From: an uncultured Nannocystaceae bacterium
GTDB lineage: Bacteria > Myxococcota_A > Bradymonadia > UBA7976 > UBA1532
Length of the DNA: 64,000 nucleotides
Assembly: GCA_964384025.1 (NCBI GenBank)
Contig: CAYLJJ010000002.1
Location: 130,189 to 194,188 of the forward strand
Reading direction: 5' to 3'
The notes beneath the pieces are model-generated. The model was not told the origin of the DNA and did no database searches. It was given only the letters and a program-made list of their open reading frames with translations. The position numbers were made by a program, and so were the translations under genes. Of the stretch, positions 51,679 to 60,267 are shown piece after piece; the first letter of the stretch is position 1, and the number at the start of each line of letters is the position of its first letter.

Positions 51679-52455
51679 TTAGAAGGAACTGCTGACCACC
51701 TGGATGAGATCCTTGGAGGAGAGATCGGAAGTGACCGCATAGCCCACAGGGCCCTGATTGAAGAGGGCAACTCGATAAGCGCCTCGATCATACATCGCGA
51801 GGCGCCGCCCCTTGATGGCATAGACCTCTGCTCCCTGCTCCAGCTCTATATCCCGACCATCGAAGATCAGGACTGTCAGTTTATGTTCATCAACCCCATA
51901 GATCAGATAAGCGGCGGAACGATCCCGAAAGCCCTCACGGGCTAAGCGGCTGAGGCGACCTCCCAGAAGGGTCGCGCGCTGAAACCGAGGAGCTGCCATA
52001 TCAAAAGAGAGCTTATCTTTGAACCAATCATCCACCTCTCGAGCTTCATCGCTGGGGACCTCTACCGGGACCTGTTGGCAGTGTTGATCCACCGCCTCTT
52101 CAACTACTGGAGCGAAGCCTTGAAGAGGCCCCGAGAGGAGAAAGAGGAGCACCGCTGCGGCCAGAGCTGGGAGAGGCAGCAGGATATTCTTGAGGAGGCG
52201 TCGAGCCCGAGCGGGGCGCTGTGCGCTCTGAAGAGAGTCGAGGAGTCGGGCCTCTACCTCTGGAGGTATATGTTGTCGAGCTTGGAGCTGAGGCCGAATC
52301 GCTCGTTTGAACCAAGCTTGCTGTTCATAATGTTGTCGGCACTGAGGACAGATGGCGAGATGTGCATCAAACTCAGCACGCTCAGGTTCATCTAACTCTC
52401 CATCCAGATAAGGATCGAGAAACTGCTCAAATTCAGTGCAATTGACCCTACTCAT
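51679..52455 (-). CDS. Anti-sigma factor with an N-terminal zinc-finger (zf-HC2 / ChrR-like) motif
   Basis: CTEFEQFLDPYLDGELDEPERAEFDAHLAICPQCRQ matches the H-x3-C-x2-C anti-sigma motif; one TM segment; its start overlaps the ECF sigma stop. Confidence 0.7.
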   Translation of the reverse strand: MSRVNCTEFEQFLDPYLDGELDEPERAEFDAHLAICPQCRQHYEQQAWFKRAIRPQLQARQHIPPEVEARLLDSLQSAQRPARARRLLKNILLPLPALAAAVLLFLLSGPLQGFAPVVEEAVDQHCQQVPVEVPSDEAREVDDWFKDKLSFDMAAPRFQRATLLGGRLSRLAREGFRDRSAAYLIYGVDEHKLTVLIFDGRDIELEQGAEVYAIKGRRLAMYDRGAYRVALFNQGPVGYAVTSDLSSKDLIQVVSSSF

Positions 52456-53102
52456 TGAGCTGCCCTACGTCGGCGCCGAAACATCTCCATATCGGTTACA
52501 TTATCCGCCTGGGCTCCTTCAGGTGCTTCGATTACGCCGCGCTCAACAGCGTACTCAAAGAGCTGCACCTGGAGAAGCTTACGGGCTCGATGAAGACGGC
52601 TCATCACGGTCCCGACAGGGCAGTCTAAGACCTCGGCGATCTCTTTATAGGAGAGGTCATGCATATCAGCGAGGAGGACCGCCATCCGAAACTCAAAAGG
52701 GAGCCGATCTAGGGCTCGCATCACCTCGTCGCCCACCACATGCTTAAGGAAAGCTTCTCGGGTCTCGGGAGGGAGCCAGGGTCTCTCCTCTACAGGATAG
52801 CGCTCCAGCAGATCGTCTACTTGGCGCCCATCCATCACCTTCTGCTCTGTTTGGCGCCGTCTATAGCGGTTGATAAAGATGTTGGTCTGTATTCGGAAGA
52901 GCCAAGCCTTGATATTGGTCCCCTGCTCAAACTTATGCCAGAAACGATAAGCCCTCAGGAAAGTCTCTTGGAGCAGATCCTCAGCTTGGTTCGGATCACG
53001 GGTCATTCGCAGGGCGGCGCCGTAGAGGATATCTCTGTGAGGCATAGCGACCTCTTCAAATTGGGCGTGCTCTCTCTTGCGGCTAAAGAAACTTTTGATC
53101 AT
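52452..53102 (-). CDS. ECF-type RNA polymerase sigma-70 factor
   Basis: Region 2: DLLQETFLRAYRFWHKFEQGTNIKAWLFRIQTN. Region 4: LSYKEIAEVLDCPVGTVMSRLHRARKLL. Confidence 0.85.
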   Translation of the reverse strand: MIKSFFSRKREHAQFEEVAMPHRDILYGAALRMTRDPNQAEDLLQETFLRAYRFWHKFEQGTNIKAWLFRIQTNIFINRYRRRQTEQKVMDGRQVDDLLERYPVEERPWLPPETREAFLKHVVGDEVMRALDRLPFEFRMAVLLADMHDLSYKEIAEVLDCPVGTVMSRLHRARKLLQVQLFEYAVERGVIEAPEGAQADNVTDMEMFRRRRRAAQ

Positions 53103-53182
53103 GGCCCATTCCTAGGGTTTTCAGGTCCGGCTTAACTTCATCTCAGCTTAAGTTATTCCCGGAAGCACCGGGATCCTGAGGA

Positions 53183-55105
53183 TCACATAAAGGCCAAGCC
53201 GATCGCCAACTCTAACCAGTGCCCCTCAAACTGAAAGCCTGGATCGCTCCCCTTCATCAGACGAAAGGGCAGACGATAGCCCAGATCGATCTCCAAGGGG
53301 ATCTGTGTCCAACCCTCAGGGAGAAAAGAGAAGCCCAGACGTGGACCAAGCCCTGAGCTTTCTCCTGCATAGAGATAGGGGCCAGCGTTCACCAGGAAGC
53401 GGGCTGCCCAGCGCCAGTGAAAGAGAAAGGCGAACTCAAGGCCCTCACCCTGGTTGACCCCGAACTGGTAGCTGGTCATCCAGTTTGCGAAGTCGTCCAA
53501 CTCTGAGAGGAAGACCAAGCGCAGGCCACTCTGATCCTGGTCCTCCCCGATTCTGAGACGGTAACTGAAGAGGATCGACTGATAGGCGAAGGGAGGTGGA
53601 GGAGTGGGGAGGGTGCCCGCAGCGAGCGCTGGCTTGAGGGCATGAAGCTGATCAGGGGGGCGAAGAGCTTGAGTAGGCAGACGCTCACAGATAAAGCGCC
53701 CGATGCCTGGAGAGCTACAACCTGTGCTTGGATCTTCGAAGTTTGGCCCCTCCGCCCACTGAAGCAGGCTGGCGACGCTGGCTCCGACCAACAGGGCGCG
53801 CTGATGTCGCAGTAGGCACTCGGTGATCTCCTGGGGTCGTCGCGCCTGAGTACACTTGAGGGGACCTTGGAGGAGGGGAGGGGCCAGGAGATAGCGATCA
53901 CCATAGGCCATAAACTCTTGCTGAGCGATGGCGGTGGCGAAGCCGGTGATCACCCCATGCTGGTTATCCCGATTGTGAACATAGCGAGAATCGGAGAGCC
54001 CCCAAGCGCCGCGATCAGTGCGTATATGCCCCCCTGCGAAGCTGTCTTGGAGGAAGTGGAGCCCTGAGCCCTCCATGATCAGGGAGAGGAGCGCTGTGGC
54101 GCTCTGCTCCAAGATATTTAAGCTTCGTGGGCTTTTGGGCTGATCCAGGAGAGCTTGGAGGGGGACGCTCACTGCTTGGGTCAACTGAGGATCAGCTCGC
54201 TGAAACCAAACACCCAGGTGCTCCAGGATCAGCTGGCCAAGCAGAGCGCAGCCCAGGGCGCGTCCCTCTGTTGGTTTCAGCTCCTCCCAGTCCAGGGCCT
54301 CAAAGGGAGGATGATCTTCGGAGAGATCCTCCAGCTCCTCTGGATCGATGCCCATAGACTCCCGACAGCCTCTCCTTAAAATCTCCTGAGCTACGCCATG
54401 AAAGCCAAGCCAAGCACCGTAGGCTTCAGCGCCAAAGTGGTGATGGTTTCTGAGCACCAAATCCAGATAGTGGGGGTTATCAAAGCTGTGAGCTGTAGGA
54501 GGATCATGAGGCCCGAAAGGGGCAGGGGCACGGCGAGCATCTTGGAGGAGCCGTTTTGGGAGCGTCTCAAGAGGAGCAGCGAGAGCTTGGCTGAGCTGCT
54601 CGCGAAGCTGCGCCCAGGGAACAGGCTCTTCCGTCTCACAAGCGTCCTCAGCGACATCAGCCTCCACACCTCCAGCATCTCCAGGTTCGCTCATCCACTC
54701 CATAAGCCTCAAGCTGAGCCCAGGCCGCACCGCTCTGGGATGACCTCGAACAGGGCCAAAGAGAGAGAGATGATCAGGCAACGCCACGATATCCCCCAGG
54801 GTGATGGGATGATCCCCCGACTCCACTGGAGGCTCAGCTAAGAGATTGATGCTGCCCTCAAGCTGCTTATACTCATCTAGACAGTAGGGACGATCCCAGC
54901 GCTGGGGACAGAAGAGAGAGAGGGCCAGATAGCGCGCCAAGAGAGGATCGCTGGGAGCCTCTTTCAGGCGTTGAACTAAGCGCTTCTGAGCTTCAAAGCA
55001 GGCCTGATCGGAGAAGAAACTGTGCTCCAGATAGTCAAAGCTCCAGCTCTGAAGAGGGTAGAGGAGAGAGAGCAGCAGGAGGGCGCGGAGAGGGCTCCAA
55101 GTCAA
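53183..55105 (-). CDS. Hypothetical secreted protein
   Basis: Signal MTWSPLRALLLLSLLYPLQSWS; no recognisable catalytic motif; its start overlaps the upstream gene's stop. Confidence 0.4.
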   Translation of the reverse strand: MTWSPLRALLLLSLLYPLQSWSFDYLEHSFFSDQACFEAQKRLVQRLKEAPSDPLLARYLALSLFCPQRWDRPYCLDEYKQLEGSINLLAEPPVESGDHPITLGDIVALPDHLSLFGPVRGHPRAVRPGLSLRLMEWMSEPGDAGGVEADVAEDACETEEPVPWAQLREQLSQALAAPLETLPKRLLQDARRAPAPFGPHDPPTAHSFDNPHYLDLVLRNHHHFGAEAYGAWLGFHGVAQEILRRGCRESMGIDPEELEDLSEDHPPFEALDWEELKPTEGRALGCALLGQLILEHLGVWFQRADPQLTQAVSVPLQALLDQPKSPRSLNILEQSATALLSLIMEGSGLHFLQDSFAGGHIRTDRGAWGLSDSRYVHNRDNQHGVITGFATAIAQQEFMAYGDRYLLAPPLLQGPLKCTQARRPQEITECLLRHQRALLVGASVASLLQWAEGPNFEDPSTGCSSPGIGRFICERLPTQALRPPDQLHALKPALAAGTLPTPPPPFAYQSILFSYRLRIGEDQDQSGLRLVFLSELDDFANWMTSYQFGVNQGEGLEFAFLFHWRWAARFLVNAGPYLYAGESSGLGPRLGFSFLPEGWTQIPLEIDLGYRLPFRLMKGSDPGFQFEGHWLELAIGLAFM

Positions 55106-57060
55106 TTTTGATATTCCCGTGTCGCGAAGGGTTTTCCAGGGAGGAGCTTCCCTCCCAATAGGCGCTCTAAAGCCAAAGCCCCAGTCCAGGAGCGAAGGAG
55201 AGGCTGACCCACTCTATCTTGAGCGCGGAGAAGAAGCTGCTCCTCTGGAGCGACTTTAGAGAGCAGCTTACAGGGGAGCTGTTCACAGGAGAGGGCTTGG
55301 CGCGCTCCCTGTTGAGGGAGGTGCTGCTCCAACTGGATAGACTCCAGATCGATGGGCCCTCGGCTGTCCAGATAGAGCGCCCCCCCCCGCTCAAAGAGGA
55401 TCAAAGGGTTCAAAGCTCCCTTGAGGGGAGGACAAGAGATCCACTCCAGCTCCCAGGGATAGCTGCGATCTCGAGCCAAGGCTCGCACCTCTTTGGGGTT
55501 ATCCAGAGCGCAGCTTAGGGCGTTAAGCCAGTCGGCTAAGTCGATCCCCTCAACGCCGACATCCACCGAGAGCCCCTCTCCAAAATAGTCAATGAGGAGC
55601 TGAAGGCTACCCGCCGCGCCCAGCTCAATCTCATCAAAGGGCTCCTCTACCCGATAGCCATCATAGGAGTCCCAAAGGATCCCCCCCACAAGCTCCTCAC
55701 GGAGCAGACCCTCGAATGTCCCTGTCGTGGTTCCAAAGAAGACGGGCAAGCTCTCTCCCTGTTGAGTCACAGCCTCTAGATCGATATGGCGTGTGTCCTC
55801 CAAGAAGGTGTCGATGATGTGGGGATCATCGAGGACAAGCGCAGCGAAGAAATAGGCGAGCCCCTCGCCATAGGCAAGGCGAGGATCAACTTGATGATCT
55901 CGATGAGCGCCTCCTGGAGAGTCATCAGCGCTGTAATGGAGCACAAAATAGTGCCCAAATTCGTGGAGGATGATGTCATCATCAAACTCATCTGTGTCCT
56001 CCAGCTGCCCCCCCAATAGAATGGTGTCTCCTCCGCTGAAGCAGGAGCCACAGGGGAAGGGCAGGCCAGGTTGCCAGATGATCTTGAGGAAGGGGGCGGG
56101 TCCATCGATATGTGGCTGGATGAGCTGGAGAGCGTCATAGAGCGTATCGGCGATGTTAAAGGCACCCTCGGCGGTCCCTTGCGCTTGAATCAAGAGAGGC
56201 TCATCTCCCAAGACAGGCGCTCTCATGCTGTAGGTTGCGTTTCCTTGAAGCTCAGCAACTCGAAGCTCATTTTCACCCACCCGAACCCAAGCTTGAACCC
56301 TCAGCTCCAGCTCCCAGAGGCCATCAAAGCGGCTCTCCATCTGAAAACGACCCTCAGCGTCTGTCCAGCCCTGCTCTACTCTCAAACCACCCCGCAGCAG
56401 CTCCACAAAGAAGCCGCGCGCAGGACGCAGAGGACGTTCTCCGCTAAAACCGGTTTCATCAAAGGGTCGATCGGGATAGAGAACCTGACCCTCTAGCTCC
56501 AGCTGATAGATCTCATCAACCCTCAGGCTATAGGCCCCTCGCTGCTCAGGAGGGAGGCTTAAGGAGAAGCTGCGCGCTTCGCGCTGTTCAGAGATGAGCA
56601 AGCTCCCTGCGCGTCTTCGAGAGATTCCCGCGCCTTCTAACTCCAGGATGAGTTCTGGGGGCTCTATTCGAAAGTGGAGGCCCCGTCCGGCGAGAGCTTC
56701 AACCTCAAAGCGCTGCTCCAGGCCGCAGAGCAGCCCCTCCTGAGGTTGCCCCAGGTTGAGGGTGCGGGGTTCTTCAGGGAGGCAGGGGGTATCTGGCTGA
56801 TCAAGCTCAAAGAGAGGCGGAGCACGATCCAGGAGAGAAGCATCTCCGACCTCAGCCTCCACTGCGAGATCTTCAAGCGCCCCGAGATCTTCAATATCTT
56901 CAATGAGTTCAGGTAGATCCTCTTCAAGTTCTAAGGCGTCGAGGCGCTCAACCCCATACAGACGATCACAACTCCAGAGGAGCCCGATTAGAAACAGGAG
57001 TTGAAATCTTTGAGTTCTCAAGAGCATGACTCCAGCTCTCCAGAGGTTCCCTGGGAGCAC
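55102..57060 (-). CDS. Hypothetical exported protein with a single HExxH zincin motif (putative metalloprotease)
   Basis: DDDIILHEFGHYFVLHY; hydrophobic N-terminus. Confidence 0.4.
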   Translation of the reverse strand: MLPGNLWRAGVMLLRTQRFQLLFLIGLLWSCDRLYGVERLDALELEEDLPELIEDIEDLGALEDLAVEAEVGDASLLDRAPPLFELDQPDTPCLPEEPRTLNLGQPQEGLLCGLEQRFEVEALAGRGLHFRIEPPELILELEGAGISRRRAGSLLISEQREARSFSLSLPPEQRGAYSLRVDEIYQLELEGQVLYPDRPFDETGFSGERPLRPARGFFVELLRGGLRVEQGWTDAEGRFQMESRFDGLWELELRVQAWVRVGENELRVAELQGNATYSMRAPVLGDEPLLIQAQGTAEGAFNIADTLYDALQLIQPHIDGPAPFLKIIWQPGLPFPCGSCFSGGDTILLGGQLEDTDEFDDDIILHEFGHYFVLHYSADDSPGGAHRDHQVDPRLAYGEGLAYFFAALVLDDPHIIDTFLEDTRHIDLEAVTQQGESLPVFFGTTTGTFEGLLREELVGGILWDSYDGYRVEEPFDEIELGAAGSLQLLIDYFGEGLSVDVGVEGIDLADWLNALSCALDNPKEVRALARDRSYPWELEWISCPPLKGALNPLILFERGGALYLDSRGPIDLESIQLEQHLPQQGARQALSCEQLPCKLLSKVAPEEQLLLRAQDRVGQPLLRSWTGALALERLLGGKLLPGKPFATREYQN

Positions 57061-57184
57061 AATCCATCCAGGGATTTCAGAATCAAGTCCTAGATTCTCC
57101 CCTGTGGCCTTGACTTAGAGCTCGAAGCACCCTCTTTCGTTTCGCTTATGATGCTTTGTAAGAGGGGCCACCTCCCTTGGGATT

Positions 57185-59665
57185 TCAGAATGGGATACCA
57201 TCGTCCTCAGCAGCAACTCTATGCGAGCTTAGAAATTCCACAGCGTTCTGAAGGCTCTCTCCACCCAATCCGGCGAATTCCTGCATACCTTTATCGACAG
57301 ACGCGGTGATTATTCTGCTCTGAGCGATCAGCTGGGCAGGTACGAGTTCAGGGATCAGAAAGCTAAAGTCGCCTAGATGCTTGAGGATCTCATCACCGTA
57401 AATCTGAACAATCCACTCCCAGTACACCCCGATCTCAATCTGTTCTGTACCGCTGATCTCACTCCCGCGCTCGATAAAGCTTGCCAGCAAGCTTCTGATC
57501 CGCGCCGTGCGTATCGGAGCTTTGGGTCCTACACCCGAGCAGAGCGCCGAGTAATGAGCCCACCACGCCTGATCTTTCTTCTCCCAGTCTTCACCGCGCT
57601 CCATCGGCGCATCAGGGAGCGTTAGAGAGCACCGCTGGCAGTAGAATGTTGCCATCAGCATGACCGGATCACAGAGCCCCAGACCTCCAGCTGTCAGCGG
57701 CCAGTAGAGCCAAGCATCTGGCAACGCATCGGCCCACTTCTCGAAGCGCTCGAGGAGCAGCGCCCGCAAGCGCGCTGATAGTCCCTCGCCTTCCATATGC
57801 ACACGCGCCACCGCGTGACTGATCGCGTCGAAATGTGCTGCGCCCAGCCTCGCAAAAGGCGCCATACCTCGCACGAGATAGCGCATGTAGCTGTTGTAGA
57901 TGAACACCTTCGAGAGGATCGCTTGTCCAGGACGCTCAAGGCGCTTTTGCAAGCGCTCTTCAAAGCGTTTGAGCGCAGACTCGTTCACCCCCCAATCGCC
58001 GCAGGGCTGAAGCTCCAGGAACGCCCAGCGCAGGCCGCCCCTGGGCAGCTCCTCAGGTTTGTCGCCGCCGATCACGACGGCGCCCGTCTTTTTGGCGTTC
58101 AGCGCGAAGCCAGCATCAGCGCAGAAGGCTTGGATCGCCTCCCACGCTTTCACAGCAGCTTTTGCCTCTGAGGTCACCAACACCAGGTCGTCCATAAAGC
58201 GAATAAGCTGGAGACCGCTGACCTCAAACACATACCGCTCAAGCAATCGAAGGAAGCTCTCCGCGAGCAGATAGGAGAGCGTGGAGTCGAGCGGGATCCC
58301 ACGCAGGACTTCATATACCGAGCCTTGCCGCCTCACGCGCACAGCGAGCATACGCAACATCAGCGCGATCCACCGCTCGGGAAACCCCTGAGCCTCCAGA
58401 ATCTTACGAGCGAGAGCGTGCGAAAAGGAAGGGAAGAAGAGCTTGATATCAGTCCGCAACACAACGATCGGTTTTTGGGGATCTACTGCTCGCAAGAGTC
58501 CAATTTCGCCTCCGAGAAGCATGAGCACCTTCTGCATGGCGTCGGGCTCTTCATCGGCAAAGTTGTGGCCATCATAATGTTCAGTTGTGCTCTGGTTGCG
58601 CGCCTTGGTCTTGAACTCACACATCGAGTCGGGCACAGACAACATAAAAAGCTCAGCCTGTTTTTGGAGCCTCAGACTCTCGACCGAGTTCGGCCACGGC
58701 ATCTCATCGGGTGGATAGACCCTACAAGAACAAAACCCACTGCCGCGTTGTGCAAAGAGCTGCTTCAGAACAATACCCCAACGCATTCCGATCACTGAGA
58801 GCAGAAGCTGGTTGAGTAAGCCATCCGCCAAAAATGGACGCCAGCGATCACGCGCCCATAAAAGCTCTACCTCCACCCCACCCTCGGGCCACTGCCAGCG
58901 CTCTAACCCATGGAGTAGGATGGTTAACGCACCCACGCACTCATTCACCTGTATCTCATCCAGGGCTGTGCTTCGGGCCACCGCGCAAAGCTTTGGGTTG
59001 CGGTAAGGCGAACGAGCCAACTGCAAGAGATTTCCACGCACCTCATCGCGCGAGATCTGCTGCCAGGAATCCCCTTCGGCATAAGCTTGCGTACCCTTCA
59101 CCACCACGTTCTCAGCGCCCGCATGAGCAGCTACAAGCGCATCGAAGAGCTCGAATTCAGGCGTTTCTTCCTCTTCGCTGAGAGCCATCTTGAAGAACGC
59201 TTCTCGCGCGAGTTCTCTTCCGCTTGGATTTGCTCCATCACAGTCGCTGTTTTCACAGGATTCAGCTGGATGAGGGGGCTCTTGCTCTGCGTCTCTTGGC
59301 TCTGCCCAAGCTTCAAGCAACCCACCAAAGAGCGTTCCAAAGCGCGCACGGCGTTCGCCTTCATCGAGCTCTCGATAGAGCCGCTCAATCCAGCACGCGA
59401 CGGTAGCGTCCGAGGCCACTCCCAACCGTGCTTTGTAGATCAGCGCCTCAAGATTCTGGATCTCGGGATGAAGCGGGCGTCCTGCAAAGCGGAGTTCAAG
59501 TAACCCTCTAAAGAGCAGCTCAAGCCGTGCCAGTGGTGTTTTAAGCGAGACCTCTTGGTTGGCTGCCTCGCGGATCTCAGCATAGCGCATACTCAAACGC
59601 TCGCACTGACGCTTTAACTCGTCGAGTTTGGTCTGAGCGACCCTGCGTGCAAATTCAGATTTCAC
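57185..59665 (-). CDS. Large standalone reverse transcriptase (826 aa): a roughly 380-aa N-terminal extension that begins with a coiled-coil-like segment, the RT core in the middle, and a roughly 270-aa helical C-terminal extension. Candidate defense-associated (Abi/UG/DRT-like) RT or rvt-like RT
   Basis: RT motifs 1/2 VVLRTDIKLFFPSFSHA; motif B GIPLDSTLSYLLAESFL; motif C LIRFMDDLVLV (YxDD-type FMDD); motif D/E region AGFALNAKKTGAVV. GTG start with an abutting GGAAGAAGGAAG Shine-Dalgarno. Confidence 0.85.
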   Translation of the reverse strand: MKSEFARRVAQTKLDELKRQCERLSMRYAEIREAANQEVSLKTPLARLELLFRGLLELRFAGRPLHPEIQNLEALIYKARLGVASDATVACWIERLYRELDEGERRARFGTLFGGLLEAWAEPRDAEQEPPHPAESCENSDCDGANPSGRELAREAFFKMALSEEEETPEFELFDALVAAHAGAENVVVKGTQAYAEGDSWQQISRDEVRGNLLQLARSPYRNPKLCAVARSTALDEIQVNECVGALTILLHGLERWQWPEGGVEVELLWARDRWRPFLADGLLNQLLLSVIGMRWGIVLKQLFAQRGSGFCSCRVYPPDEMPWPNSVESLRLQKQAELFMLSVPDSMCEFKTKARNQSTTEHYDGHNFADEEPDAMQKVLMLLGGEIGLLRAVDPQKPIVVLRTDIKLFFPSFSHALARKILEAQGFPERWIALMLRMLAVRVRRQGSVYEVLRGIPLDSTLSYLLAESFLRLLERYVFEVSGLQLIRFMDDLVLVTSEAKAAVKAWEAIQAFCADAGFALNAKKTGAVVIGGDKPEELPRGGLRWAFLELQPCGDWGVNESALKRFEERLQKRLERPGQAILSKVFIYNSYMRYLVRGMAPFARLGAAHFDAISHAVARVHMEGEGLSARLRALLLERFEKWADALPDAWLYWPLTAGGLGLCDPVMLMATFYCQRCSLTLPDAPMERGEDWEKKDQAWWAHYSALCSGVGPKAPIRTARIRSLLASFIERGSEISGTEQIEIGVYWEWIVQIYGDEILKHLGDFSFLIPELVPAQLIAQSRIITASVDKGMQEFAGLGGESLQNAVEFLSSHRVAAEDDGIPF

Positions 59666-60267
59666 TTCCTTCTTCCGTGCTCGACAATGTTATTGTGATG
59701 AACAAAAGCTTTTGGTTGATTCCCCAAAAAGTCACAAAAAATGTTTTTGGTTTGATCTACAAAATAAGGCTCGAAATGAATCCGATTCAACTCAAGACAA
59801 TATTATGGTTGTTTTTTGTCATCTCGTAATTTTGCTATGAAACATAGAAAAAGAGATCTTTAAGATACTCAGGTTTTGTAAATATAAGCAGTTGATAAGT
59901 TTTTATCGCAAAATCTCCAACTAACATGTAATAGTAGCATTTAGCTGGCCGAGCCAAAATGACATTTAATACCATATTATGCCATAATCCTCATTGTAGA
60001 ACCACACAATCAGCTGAAGCAAACATTTGATCTGCATATAATATAAAAAATATTAAGTTAACACTGAAAACCAACTGATTAAATCCGGTGATCTCAACAT
60101 TACATATGAAAAATCGATAACAAGTGCCAGTTCTCAGGAGCCTTGATTCTCTTTGCGCTGTAGATGAAGAGTATACTTCCTTTGACTGCATCTCCGGTCG
60201 CTGTGAGTATGGCTTCGCCTGTGATTGATCATCGGCTGTAGAGTGGAGAGGCTAGAGAATATGATCC
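59666..60267 (-). promoter_or_regulatory. A roughly 600-nt non-coding, strongly AT-rich leader between the zincin gene and the RT gene; candidate promoter plus structured non-coding RNA, as seen upstream of several defense RTs
   Basis: No convincing ORF (only 60-66 codon frames); about 30-35% GC against a roughly 58% host background; local hairpins such as CCAAAAAgtcacaaaaaatgTTTTTGG and CTATGaaaCATAG. Confidence 0.3.

Noticed and set aside
59647-60191. Two small ORFs in the AT-rich leader: a 60-aa plus-strand ORF at 59647-59829 and a 66-aa minus-strand ORF at 59991-60191
   Set aside because: Neither has an RBS; both have hydrophobic or odd composition typical of AT-rich non-coding DNA. A small accessory peptide cannot be excluded.
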